DNA from: Euglena gracilis
Taxonomy: Eukaryota
DNA: 64,000 nt
Direction of reading: 5' to 3'
Assembly (NCBI GenBank): GCA_039621445.1
Contig: CP154954.1
Span: forward strand, 46,913,847-46,977,846
Shown: one piece after another, positions 1 to 12,300 of the stretch
Numbering within the stretch: the stretch's first letter is position 1
Layout of the letters: every line of letters begins with the position of its first letter
The notes under the pieces: model-generated
The model's database searches: none
Told to the model about the DNA's origin: nothing
The model's input: the letters and a program-made list of their open reading frames with translations, nothing else
Made by a program: the position numbers and the translations under genes

Positions 1-340
1 AAGTAGATTACCAGTCTTCGTTCTGAAAGGGGTGGAAAGTGTTTTGATTTTATCTCAATGGTGAGGTTAGCAATGTGGATTGGCGTGGATTGGGATGGAT
101 TAGTTTGGATTGGGTTTGCATCGGTGATGGGCATCTTTTTTGAATTTATCATTTTCATTTTTTATCATATTCATATTTATCATTATTTATCATTTTTCAT
201 TTTTTTTTATCATATTCATAATTATCATTATTATTGTTTGTTTTTATTACAGTTTTTTGTAGCTTTTGCATTTTTTTTTGTTTTTTGTTGTATGAACTGT
301 ATGAATTGCATTCGCTTTCTCCCAGACTGTGGACCGCATC

Positions 341-3300
341 ATGGCTGCGCCTGTGGAAGAAGTGCAGCCACCTCTACCCCCAGTGCCTCCTTGCCAGGCT
401 TTTCCTCCTGTTCTCTTTGGTGTCAAATTCCATGCCGAAACACGGCAATGTGTTCACCCCCCCCCCCAGAGCTGACCCTGAGCCCCTTGGGTGGTGTATG
501 AAGGGGGTTGTCCATTGAATATCCATTAGTGGGTGGGGTGGGTTGGGCTCCCCCCGCGCCAGGTTTTCTTTTTTCTTTTTCAGAACTTTCAACGGGGATC
601 CTTCAGATGCCTTCAGTACCGAAGGAATTTGTCCTTGCGAGCTGGCATACCCACCGTGTGGCCCTGCCCCCCTGCTGCCCACCAGTTGGAGGGCAGGCAC
701 AACACTTAGGGTATCCCGGTCCACTGGCTGACACACGGCAGGGCACCCCCCCCCTTTCTTTTCCAGGAATTCCTGGCTGGGTGGGCCCCACGGCCGCAAC
801 CAAACCGCAGTGCCCAGTTTTCTGCACGTTCGGGTTCTCCCACGCCGAATTCGCATCAAAGTCCCCCCCCCCCTGATGGTGTCGGAGTGCTGTTTCACAA
901 ACAAAAGCCTGCCCTCGGCCCGCCCCCACTGCCCGCCACCGCCCCGCCCAGCAGCGGCGGCATGCAGATCCGGCTGAAGACCGAGGACTTGACGCAGCTG
1001 CACACCGAAGAACGCGCAGCGGCGGTGGAGGTGGAGATGCGCGTCATCCCCAGCGTTGAAGGTGCTGGCCCATGAGTTCCACTCCGCACTCCCTCTGTCT
1101 GGTTTGAGCAATCTTTGTCCAACAATCCAGTTCAAGGCAAATCCTCCAATTTGACACAGTTTCGATCAAAATTTGCTTTTTCTGATTTTTGTGAACACTC
1201 ATCCAAAATGTTGGGAAAAAATTACCGCCCCTGCCAAGAGCTGGCTCCCCTCTTCTGTTGGAGTCAGGGGGTTTTTTTTTTGTCTTGGACCCTGGGGGGG
1301 TAGGGGGGGTGGGTCTGGCCGAGCCCCCCCGGGGGGGGGTCCCCCCAGGGGGTGGGATATACTTTTCGGCGCCAAAGGCACCGAAAATTTTTGAAAGAGG
1401 TGCCTTTTTTAGCGTTTTTGTTATTTTTTGGCCTTTTCAGGGAAAAGTGGGTTGGGTCCCCCAACCCCCCCCCCCCCGGCCCGGGGGTGGGGGGGTGGGG
1501 GGGGGGCCCCCCCTCCCCCCCGCTCTAAAAAAAAAACCCCTGGGTGGAGTGATCATGGTTGACAAAAGCAAACAGGGCATTTAGCCATTGTGCATGTATT
1601 ATGTGCCCATCACATCCCTCTGTTACGGCTTACACCGAAAGGTGGCTGTCGTTTTCCCTGGGGACAAAGACAGACTACGTGGCGATGCACACGCGGCCCC
1701 TTCTCTCTCAGTGGGCAATCCCCGGCCCGTTGCCTGGCCATTCGCGGAGGGGGCTGGGGCCAGTGCCCCCCCGCCAGCCCCGCCCCCGCCGCCCCCGCCC
1801 CCGCCTGCCGCCCCGGCGCTGTTCAGCGGGCCACCCCCGGACACCCCAGACCAGCAGCAGTGCCACCTTCAGGTGCCAGAGCTCTCCAAATTCCCTTTGC
1901 ACTGTTCAGGGAATCAACGTAATGGAAATTATCACTTGCGTTGGGAGGGGTTGGTGAGTCGCCCAGCCAGTTGGTCTGACGGGTGGGGGTTTCTGGTGAT
2001 AAAACCACTCATATGTGTACAACTCATATGTGCATGTGGATGTCGTTGTTCAACAGCAAAACAAACAAAACTATTTAATTGGCTTACAAAGCCTTCCAAA
2101 ACAAGCTCAAATGGTGCCAAAGCCTTCAAAAAAACTCCAAATGAAGAGAAAAATAGGTAAAGCTTGTAGATGGCGTCGGGGCAGAGGTTTTTGTGTTTTT
2201 GGGGGTCGGGATCCACCTACCCACCCCTGGGGGAGGTGTCGCGGGGGGGGGGGGAGGCTTGGGGGACCACTTTTGGGGTCAATTTCGGGGTCCAAAGGTT
2301 CTTCGGTGTACGGTGCCCACTTTGCCCAACCCCCGACCCGGGGTTGCAGGGTATTCAGACTGATCTGCATGGTGTGCGCAGTTACAACTCTGCACCCAAA
2401 ATCTGAATTTCGAAATTGAAATCTTCCCAAATTTGCTTTTTCTGAAGTATTATTTTCCTGTCATTTTTACGTTCCACGATCTTTGTTCAGGCTTTAAAAG
2501 ATGAACGCCTGTGCAAGCTTTTCCATTGATTTGTTTGTTTGCCCCTGATCTATCAGTCGAATATTTGACAACAATGGTAATAAATTTTGCCTTTTGCACA
2601 AGGGGTGTTGCAAAAAATTCTTGTTTTCATTTGCGGGATTTCATTTTTCAGACCAGCCTGATGAAAAACATGAAAGTCACATTGGATCCAGGCTTTTGCT
2701 TAAGGACCCCCGGGTACTGGCTAGCCAATCGGCTAGACACTGGAAAAAATGGACTAGCTAGACCCCCCTCCCCCCCCGGGGGGGGGTCCGGGGGTCCCCC
2801 CAACTGGAATTTTTTTCCTCCAGTTTTTTTCCTTTTTTTTCCTCCAGCGCTGCGCGCCGAGGTGGAAATGAGGTTTTTAATAGGTTTTTGGCTGATTTTG
2901 TTCCAAAAATTCCCAAAAAAAGTTTCTGGTGCTTCGCGCCGGGCACTGGAAAAAATTTTCCACTAGCTAGCCCTGCCAGCAGACCCCCCCGGGGGGGGTC
3001 TGCTAGAAATCCCACTAGCCAGATTTGGACTAGCTGCAGTCCAGCCCCCCCCCCCCCCCCGGGGGCACTGCAATCCCTTAAGCAAAAGCCTGATTGGATC
3101 GTTGTGAGTTTGGTGAGTAAATTGCTCGAAAATGTGCTCATGTTTGTGGCAATGGTGACCAATCATCAGTTGTTGTTTGCCATAATTACTTGATTGAGAG
3201 CGTCCTATTGCGTGTCTTTTTTGTCCCTTTTCACACATTCCAGCCTGGAAGGGATGTTAAACCTGTTGGCTCAGGGCTGGCTGACGCGGCTTTACCAGTC

Positions 3301-6300
3301 AAATCGGCGTGCCATTTTGGTTCCATCGTATGCCTTTTGTGACTCAGGATCAGATCCTGCAGCTGCAGCAGTTTGCTGTTTCGTTCAAGTGCCATCGCCG
3401 TCAATCCCCCCAATGTCGAACAATTTATATTTATATGTTTATATCTCCACAGAAAATATTCCACACTAGGTGGGCTAACATTTGGCAAGACAATGCGCGC
3501 CAAGTTCAGCATCCTGACATCTGAGACCCAAGCCCACTACAATCGCTCAGTCACTTAACCCCCCCTGAATAGAAGCCCCTGGGGGCAACTATTCGGAACG
3601 TTGGTTGAAAACCGAGGGGGGGCTTCTATTCGGGGGGGGGGGGGGCACTATTCAGAAAAGTGGTCGAAAACCAGTGGGTTCGAGAATTATCGAAGAAATT
3701 TCTTCGTGGGTCTACATGCCCTACCTTCTAAACCATGTCAAATCTGCTGCAAATGTTACTCTTGTGAATGCATGATCATTAAACGTAAAATCATCCAACC
3801 CTCATTTAGAGGTATTGCAAAAACTGGAGCCCTGCACTAGACATTTACCCCCACCCCGCACACCCCCACCCCCCCACACCCCCCCCCACACCCCCCCACA
3901 CTTGACCAGTGTAGGCTCCAGTTTTTGCAATATATGCTCATTTTACCAAATGCTGAAGAAGCCAAAGCCAAAGCATTTGCCGTCTCAATTCACAGACAAC
4001 CCACGGGGAGCGGTCTACTATTCGGGGGGGGGGGGCACTATTCGGAACGTTGGTTGAAAACTGAGGGAGGGGGACTATTCGGGGGGAGGGGGCGTCTATT
4101 CAGGGGGGGTAGTCACTGGCAGACCCCCAGGGTTTGTGACTGTTTCTTTCAGAATGATTGAGTGGTTGTTGGCCCAGACCTCCTCCCCCCTTGGGGGTGG
4201 TCTGCAAAAAAAATGAAAGTAAATACCCAGTGCTGAAGGCGACAAAAAACCCTTTTTTGCCATTTGTTTTTTTGTTTTTTTACGTTTGTGGTCAATTCCC
4301 CCTTGGGATTCAGAGTGGCCAACCCCCCCCCCCCACCAGGTAGTGGGTGGTGACTGACTGGTTTTTGGAAGTGTGGAACTGACCCTAGGGCGGTAAAAAT
4401 TGCATGGAACCCGTGACAAAATGCTGGTGGTCAACCGTTTGATCGCCCCAGCCAACCGTCCAGCCAAACCCACCGTTGGCCCCCGAACGTTCCGCTCACC
4501 CCTGCGCGGTGGCGTTTGCCCCCGTTCCATGTCGGCGCGGAGGAGAAGTCACTGGAGGAGCTGGCGAAGGGGGCGGAGGACCTCCAGCGGCTTCAGCAGC
4601 TCGAGCAGCTCCAGCAGGAGGAGTCCTCGGCGAGGACCGCCCAGGGCGTGCCTGCCGCGGAGGCCCCGACCCACCGAGCAGCGCAGGGCGGGCCCGCTGG
4701 CTGTGTGACGGCCCGCGAGGGGTTGATCCAGCCGCAGCGATTTGGTCCTCTCAAATAACATTTTGCTGTCCACATTTTTGTTTTAATTTGATCTATTTAA
4801 TTTGATTCAATTTAATTGATCGGGTCGCAGCATTGGCATCGGCATTAGTATTAACGTACCGCATTGCTGCGTGTTTCTGGTTTTTTTTGCCTTCCTTGTT
4901 TTTGTTTTGGCCCGCGGCAATGCGTTTGCAGCCATCGCGCGGAAGGGTCTGTGCGACGGTTCCCGGCGATGTGCCGGCTTCCCTCCATTCCTTGGCGTCC
5001 GGCGCCGCCCTGCGGTGGTCCCAGTGTGCCCTGCACTTCCGCTTCCGCTGCGGCCCCTTCCTGCAGCAAGGTGCCGATGGGCAGTGGCGCTGCCTCCCCC
5101 GCTTCGCCTGCCAGTACTCCTCCCCGCTGGTGTGCAGGGGCCCCCTTCCCGCTGAGCTGTTGGAGCCCCACTCCTGTGATGACGTCCCAAACATCCCACG
5201 CACATTCCTTTCCCAAATGGCGACCACATCTATTCCCCAATAGAAAGCATTTTTAGGTCGTTTGAAGTAGGACGAGAAGTTGATGCCCTTGTGGTGCCTT
5301 TTCACAGCTAGTTGTTGTTGTTGTTTTTAAACCGACAGTTACAAAAGAAAATGGCAGCTGACCACCCCTGTGGGCCAGGATCTGAAGTCAAGCTGTTTGG
5401 GGACGAAACAAGCCGGCCGCCACTCCCTTGTGTGATGTATGCCAACCCATCATCCATCCTCAGCTCTACCACCCCGTCACAGATACCAGCGGTGGCCGCC
5501 CCCAGCGTGGAGGTTCCCAGCAGCATGCCTCCCGCGGAGCCTCAGCCTGCCCAACGCGGGCGCAGTGCCTCTGTGCAGTCCCTCCTTTGGCCGTTTGCAA
5601 CAGAATCTGCCGCGTCAGGCTGAAAGGCTTGCAGCAGTTTTTACGCTGCAACTGAAAAGCTGAGTGCCTCGGTTGGCTGGCTTTGGCATGGCATGGTGAT
5701 GAATGGGAGGGGCTGGGCCCAGCTCCAGTAGCTCCAGCAGCAGCTCCAGCAGCCGACACAGCGACAGCACGCGCGCCCCAACTCCGGAGCCGGAGAATGC
5801 AAACGTCAACTGGCACGATATTAACGTTGGGCCTGCAGGCTATGGTCGGAGGCTGCTGCGGAAAGGGTGTGCTGAGTTTAAAGATTCCCTGCAGGGGGAT
5901 CCTGCATAATCCTGCATAGGTCTGTCTTTATAAATTCCTAAAACAGCAAAAGAATACCCAACCATAATGGGTTTCAGAAGGACAGGAAAAACAATTTTCT
6001 GTTTCGCTTGATTGGTATTCTGTTAGGTGAGGAAATTGTTTTTCAATCATCCCACTTTTTCTTGAAAATTTAATCAAAGAATTTTGAAGTTGAATTTTGG
6101 TACATCTCAAACCAATTTGTGTCTTTGGTATTGAGTGTCAGAGAATTTTTTGGCACCATTTTCACAAAATATTCATCATCCTCATCAGCATTTTCCTGTT
6201 TTGAATTATTTTCACAATAATCCTTCAGGGTCGATACATTTTCCACCTATTAAAGTTGGCTGAAATGCATTTTGTCAAGCTCCATCTTGTCTGGCAGCGC

Positions 6301-9300
6301 ATTTTTGAAGTGCCGCTGAAAAGAATGGGCTGATGGTGTTTTTTTTTTGATTCACAAAAGGCGACTTGCAAACTCTGAAAAAAAAAGATGTTTACAACCG
6401 CCAAAATCAAGCCCTCACTGGGGCCTAAAACTGACCCCTCCCCCCGGGGGGGGGGGTGCCTGCTTTGCCAGAAGCGAAGTTAGTGGCGGCAATAAACAGG
6501 CAAGAAGCCTCAGTGCAGCCTAAGGGGGCTTTGGGCAGGCACCACATTGCACAAGGTGCCCCCCTGGGCTTGACAGAAACGGATCTTTGGCTTTCACATA
6601 TGCAAAAATGGCCAGAAATTGCAAAATGGATCGGATTTGGGCTGGCCAGGGCAAATTTTGGGTCAAAAAACCCGTGTTTTTTTTACACCCCTGGCAGTTT
6701 TTTGGGGCTTTTTTGGAGTTTCAATGTTTTGATCCCCGGTTCGACTCCCAGTCCCGGGGGACCCCCATGGGGATTACCCAGCAGCCTTATTCCAGCCAGC
6801 CCAAATTTTCCAGCTTCTGACCTGGACCCCCCCTCCCCCTCCCCTCATTAAGCAATGCCCCGGTCTCAGGCCCAACCCCCATACATTCTGGGAGCATAAT
6901 TGGGAAAACGGTTGCGTCACAGACCTCCATTTAGTATGTATCACCAAAAATTTTTTTTTGCGTATCACATGTATCACAGCCTAAAAATTAATGTATCACA
7001 TATGTATCACCAAAAATTTTTTAATGTATCACATATGTATCACCAAACAAATTTCAATGTATCACACATGTATCACCATTTTTTTATAGATTTTTTTCCG
7101 TTTTTACATCAAAATGTTTTTTCCTTTTTCCGCTTTTCATCCTTGTTTCCTTGCCTCTCTGCAGACAAATGGAACGTTTTTCTTGTGATTATGCTTTGGA
7201 GACATACCATTGCTTAACACCTGTCCCACCCCACCCCCGGGGGTGACTGGCTGGTTTTTTTCAGAGTGACAAGACCCCCCAGGGATAGGCCCGGAAATGA
7301 AAAAGTGGCTGGCCTGGCGCCGAAGGCGCCGGATTTTTTTTATATTTTTTTCAGACTTTTTGGCAATATTGCCTTGCCAACATAAGCGCATCCAACGGTG
7401 GCCTATCGCCCCCTCCTCCGGGGGGGGGGGGGAGGTAAAGTGACTGCTGATTTTTTGGGAAAAAGTGATTGACTGGTAGGATGGCAGAGATTGGTTGCGT
7501 TTTGAAGCATCCCGTGGCATGTAGTGTGCTATTTGCCATCAATTTCGTCAGAATCCAAAAGTGATCCGGAAGTGATGGGGATGGGTCAGAAAAGGAATTC
7601 TCTTGCAATGCCAACAAAAGTGTACATTTTCCGTAACATCAAATCGCGCAGAGAGGGAAAGTATCATCTTGCTGCAAAGGCCATGTTGAATCGACCACAA
7701 ACAGATCTGAGCCAATCCCTTATTCAGCTTCCGTCCGCTTTGGTACCGCAAGCAAAGATGTTGTTTAAAACTGTTTTGTGGATGGTGAAGCATGGAATCG
7801 CCAACCGAAAGCTTCGTTCATTGTTAGACTTGCAGCATTTGAATTGGGCGGTGTATGATTTGTGTCATGTGTCCAGCTACACACCTGTGGCCGTGAAGAA
7901 GCAGCCATGGGAACCTGAGTTCCTCAAGCTCGGGTGAGCGACGTCTTATGTTTGTCTGTTAATTTTTCATCTTACAAATTTGTGCTTCACAACTTTTTTT
8001 TATGTTTCACCAAGGAAAATTTGTGTATCACATGTGTATCACCAAAGTTTTTTTTTTAATGTATCACATATGTATCACCAAATTTTTTTTAGTGTATCAC
8101 ATATGTATCACCAAAAAAGAATTAATGTATCACAGATACGTTGTGATACGCACTAAATGGCGGTCTGTTGCGTCATCTTTTGCTTCCTTGTGGTTTTGTG
8201 TGGCGTTTGTAATTTTGGGAACTTTGAAAATTCTCAAAAAAACTTGTTGGAAAGGCTCTAAGGTTGAACCTGCCTCTGGGGTAGGGGTTTTCTTAAGCCG
8301 TAGGGGGTCTTGCTTCCTGGGGGGGTCCAGTCAGCCATCACTTTTTTTTCAAGCCAGCACCTCCCAGCCAGGCTGTGGACCCCCCCCCCAAAGGTTCGCT
8401 GAAACAAAGTTTGGGCCAGCCCAGCAAAGCCAGCCTGGCAGAAAATTTTTGAAGACAGCGGTCAAAAAATGGCCAAAAATGGCATTTTGGGGTGCTTTTT
8501 GGGGTTTCACTGCTGAAAAATGCCAACCCAGCTGTATTTCGGCTTTTTCGGGTGTTTTTGGGTACCCACCGGGTCCAGCTCCCAGCCGGCCGGACCCACC
8601 CCCCACTCACCACTCACCTGACAATTGGGCCAGAAGCGAAGTTAGCGCCGGCCATGTACAGAAAAGAAGCCTGAGTGCAACTAAGGGAGTCCAGCCAGCG
8701 CCTTTTTCCAGCCGGCCCGCGGAACCCCCCCCCTCCGGGATCCTTAAGAAAACCCCTGCTTGGGGTAAGCCAGAGTCACAAAAGCAGGTTGGTTGTAGTT
8801 ACTCAAGGAACATGGTTCTCTTTTTCTCTCTCTCTTTTGTTTCAGGTCTCAGGTTTTCCGAAGGCTTGGAGACAAGGCCAGTTCACCTGCAGCACAGCGT
8901 ACTCAAAGTCGAAGCCGCAGCAAGAGCCGCAGTAGAAGCAAGAGCCGAAGCAAGAGCCGCAGCCGCAGCAAAGGCAGCCACTCCACGCGCAGCCGGTGTG
9001 TACTCCCCCGAAATATAGAACCAGTTCTAACCCTCGGAGGGGTGTTCCAAATTTGGTCAAGAATTTTGTCGATCCGAAGGTTACCATTTTCCCCTCACCA
9101 TGTGCAATAATTTAGACCATTTTTGGAGAGTATTTTTGGTTGCTTTGGTTGGAATTGGTGGACGAAATTTATCAGGCAGCATTTATTCAAAAAAAATTGT
9201 CTCTGAAATTCCGAACCTCAAATTTTTTGGTGCTTTTTTATTCTCCGTTTCAAAACCCCCATTTCAGGGAGTGAAGTTCAAATATTTGGTCGCTAAATCA

Positions 9301-12300
9301 AGGACCCCAGGAGGGTTCTAAACCCCCCCCCCCCACTTACTAACCCCCCCCACTTACTAACCCCCCCCCCCCACTTACTAACCCCCCCCTCGGGCCGACC
9401 AACCAAACCGGGACTTATAAACCCCCCCCTTCGGGGCAGGAAAATGAAAGCCGCCGGGGCCGATTTTTTTTGGCCTCAAACCACCCAAAAACTGATTTTT
9501 GGCCCTTTTTTTGAGATCGACCATCATCAAAAATGCCATTTTTGACCAAATTTACCAAAAATTGCCATTTTGGGGGGGTTTCGGGGTCATTTTTGGGGTT
9601 CGGATTTTCACCAACAATTCCGGGACTTATAAACCCCCCCCACTTACTAACCCCCCCCTTCGGCAGACCAACCAAACCGGATCCTACTAACCCCGGGGGT
9701 TTATAAGTGGGGGGTTTATATTTGGGAGGGGGGGTTCAATCTGTCTTTGTTCCTTGCACACAGGCATAATGATTTTTGGGCAATTTTGAGGCAATTTTTC
9801 ATTTTTTTAAAGGTTTTTCAGGATTTTTTTTAAAGGCATTTTGAATTTTTAAAAAATTTTAAGGCGTCTATTTTCCATGCGACATCAAAGAGCTATCCGG
9901 GCATCGAACCAACGTTGGTCCAGGCTGAAAATGAAAAGTCCAAAAACACATTTATTGGGTGGATGCACAATGTTCAAGGGATGCCAAAAACCATCTTTTT
10001 TCCCGGAGTTGGCTTGTTCTTGATTTTGTGACTTCTTTTTTCCAAAAAAAAATGCAAGGTTTTCAAGGTTTTTAAGGCTTTTAAGCGCCTTAAGAAATTA
10101 TTAGGCCTGCTTGCACCCCCCCCCCCGCGCACCATCCACAAAATGGTGCGAAATGATGAATTAAGGAAATACCGTCTCCACTTTTCTGCCCTTCCCCCCC
10201 TTTTTTCAAGCCACAATTTGTGTGGGTGCACAGCTTTAAATATCAGCAAACAGCATTTTGCAGGCAGTCCAGGCCCCATTGCTGCCACAGAGGCAGCCGC
10301 AGCGCCAGCCGCAGCAACAGCCGCCGCAAGGGCCCCAAGCAGGGATTTTTTTTTAAAAGTTTGGGAGGAGGGGTCCATTGGACCCCCCCCCCCAGGGGGG
10401 GGTGGGATGTCACGGGAGGTAGGTTCGTGGGAGGTAGGTGCCGCGGCCGGCCGGCCGTCAACCAACCAAAACAGGGGTTTGGTTGGGCCGCGGCCGACCG
10501 CGACCCAACCATGGCCATATTTTGCTGTCAGAATTCTGATTTGGTTGGGCCCCAATCAAATTGCAAAAGGTTATCACAAAACAAAAAGATTTTATGACGT
10601 TATTTGAAGAAATAGGGTTAGGGTTAAGCTTCTCATGCAAACAGTTCAAACCTTCCCACTCAACTTCGGTATATTGGCCTCTACAGGGTACTCAGCGAAC
10701 CCAAAGAGCCACCCAATTAGGGTTAAAAACATGGGGGGACCTGAGCGGTGCGGAAGGCGCCGAGCGAGGGTCCCCCCATGTGTATTAACCCTAGTTGGGC
10801 GGCCTTCTGGGTTCGCTTAGTACCCTGTAGGAGCCAATTTAACCGCCATTGTGCGATGCAGTTCGCTGGGTCTGTTGTGGTTGGGTGGCCGCGGTCCAAC
10901 CAAACCGAATTTCATGATTTCAGCATCGGAAATGGTTGGCCCGCAGCCCAACCAAGATTTTTTTGGGTTGGGCCGCGGCCGGCTGCGGTCCAACCAAAGC
11001 AGCAAAATGGTTGAGCGGCGCGACCCTACCTCCTACGAACCTACCTCCCCTTCCCCACCACCCCCCAGGGGAGTTCCTCCAAAGGGCTTGGTGGGTTTTG
11101 GCCACTTTTTGGCCTTTTTTGGCGCGAAGCGAATTTTTTTTGACCCCAGAATTGGCCCCCCAAAAGTGAGTCCCCGGACCCCTCCCCCCAGGGGGGGGGT
11201 AGGGGTACCTTCTGGGTTGGTATGGGGGACCTCCCCCCGGTCTTAAAACAGTCCCTGGCCCCCAAGGCCGAGGGGGCCAGGGAGAAGCGGTCCAGCAGCC
11301 CCAGCCAGGCGAGCCGCAGCCCGAAGAAGGCTCGCAGGTGTGCTTTTTTCTGGATAACTGCTTGTTTTTGAGATTTTGTTAAGTTGGCATAGGTTCATGG
11401 TGCTGGCAAATACCTTCTGCGATGCATTGGAGTAAGACAGGCATCTATTGTGGTTTTGCTGTCATGAACCATCACTGGTTCTGCGGTATACTATTTTTTT
11501 GTTGGGACCCATTTTCATCTGCAGTCCAAGGAAGAAATTACTGCAAATGATTCTGGGTGAAAATATCATGGGAACAATATTTTGGGAGTATTTTGATTGT
11601 GAATTTTTTTGGGTAAAATGAATTTTTCATCCTGTGCCAAATCTTTTTCAGACCACATTGCAGCCAGAAAACCCTTTTCCCCAAAGTGTGGTGAGCAAAC
11701 TGCTCAAAAATGAGTCACTCGCAAATATCATACACCGATGATGGCTGCTTTTGATGACTGGCCTGGTATGGCATTTGAGGATTTCATTCGCCTTGGCTCA
11801 AGGAGGTGTTGAAAGGTGCAGAGGGAAGAAAGGCGGCGCCCTGCCGGGGGGGGGGGGGTTCTTTGGCAGGCACTCCAGGGCCGGGCGGGGGGGGGTAGGG
11901 CCTGTTGCCAAAAGTGCCTGGGCACTCGGGCAAGGCACTTCTGGCCAGAAACGCCCATTTTTGGGCACTTTTTGGCACATGACCAGCAGGGGGGGATGGT
12001 GCCTGCCTGCCCAGGCATTCCAGGGCACTTGGTCAAATTCAGCCTGGTGAGGGTGTTCCCTGGATTTAGGATTGTAGTCGAAGTGAGGCTTTTTTCCTTG
12101 GACTTGAAATTGGGTGGGGGTCAAATATTATGGGAGGAAGTCACATCGAAAACTTTGATTTTCACACCCAAATCTATTTTTCTGGCGCTTGTTTTTTGTG
12201 CAAGTTGGAAATTGGAAAGTTGTTTGTTAGGGGAGAGGGGAGCCGACATACCTCCCCTCTCCCCCTCTTTGGCACCCTGCCTGCCCCAGGGCGGACTCCC

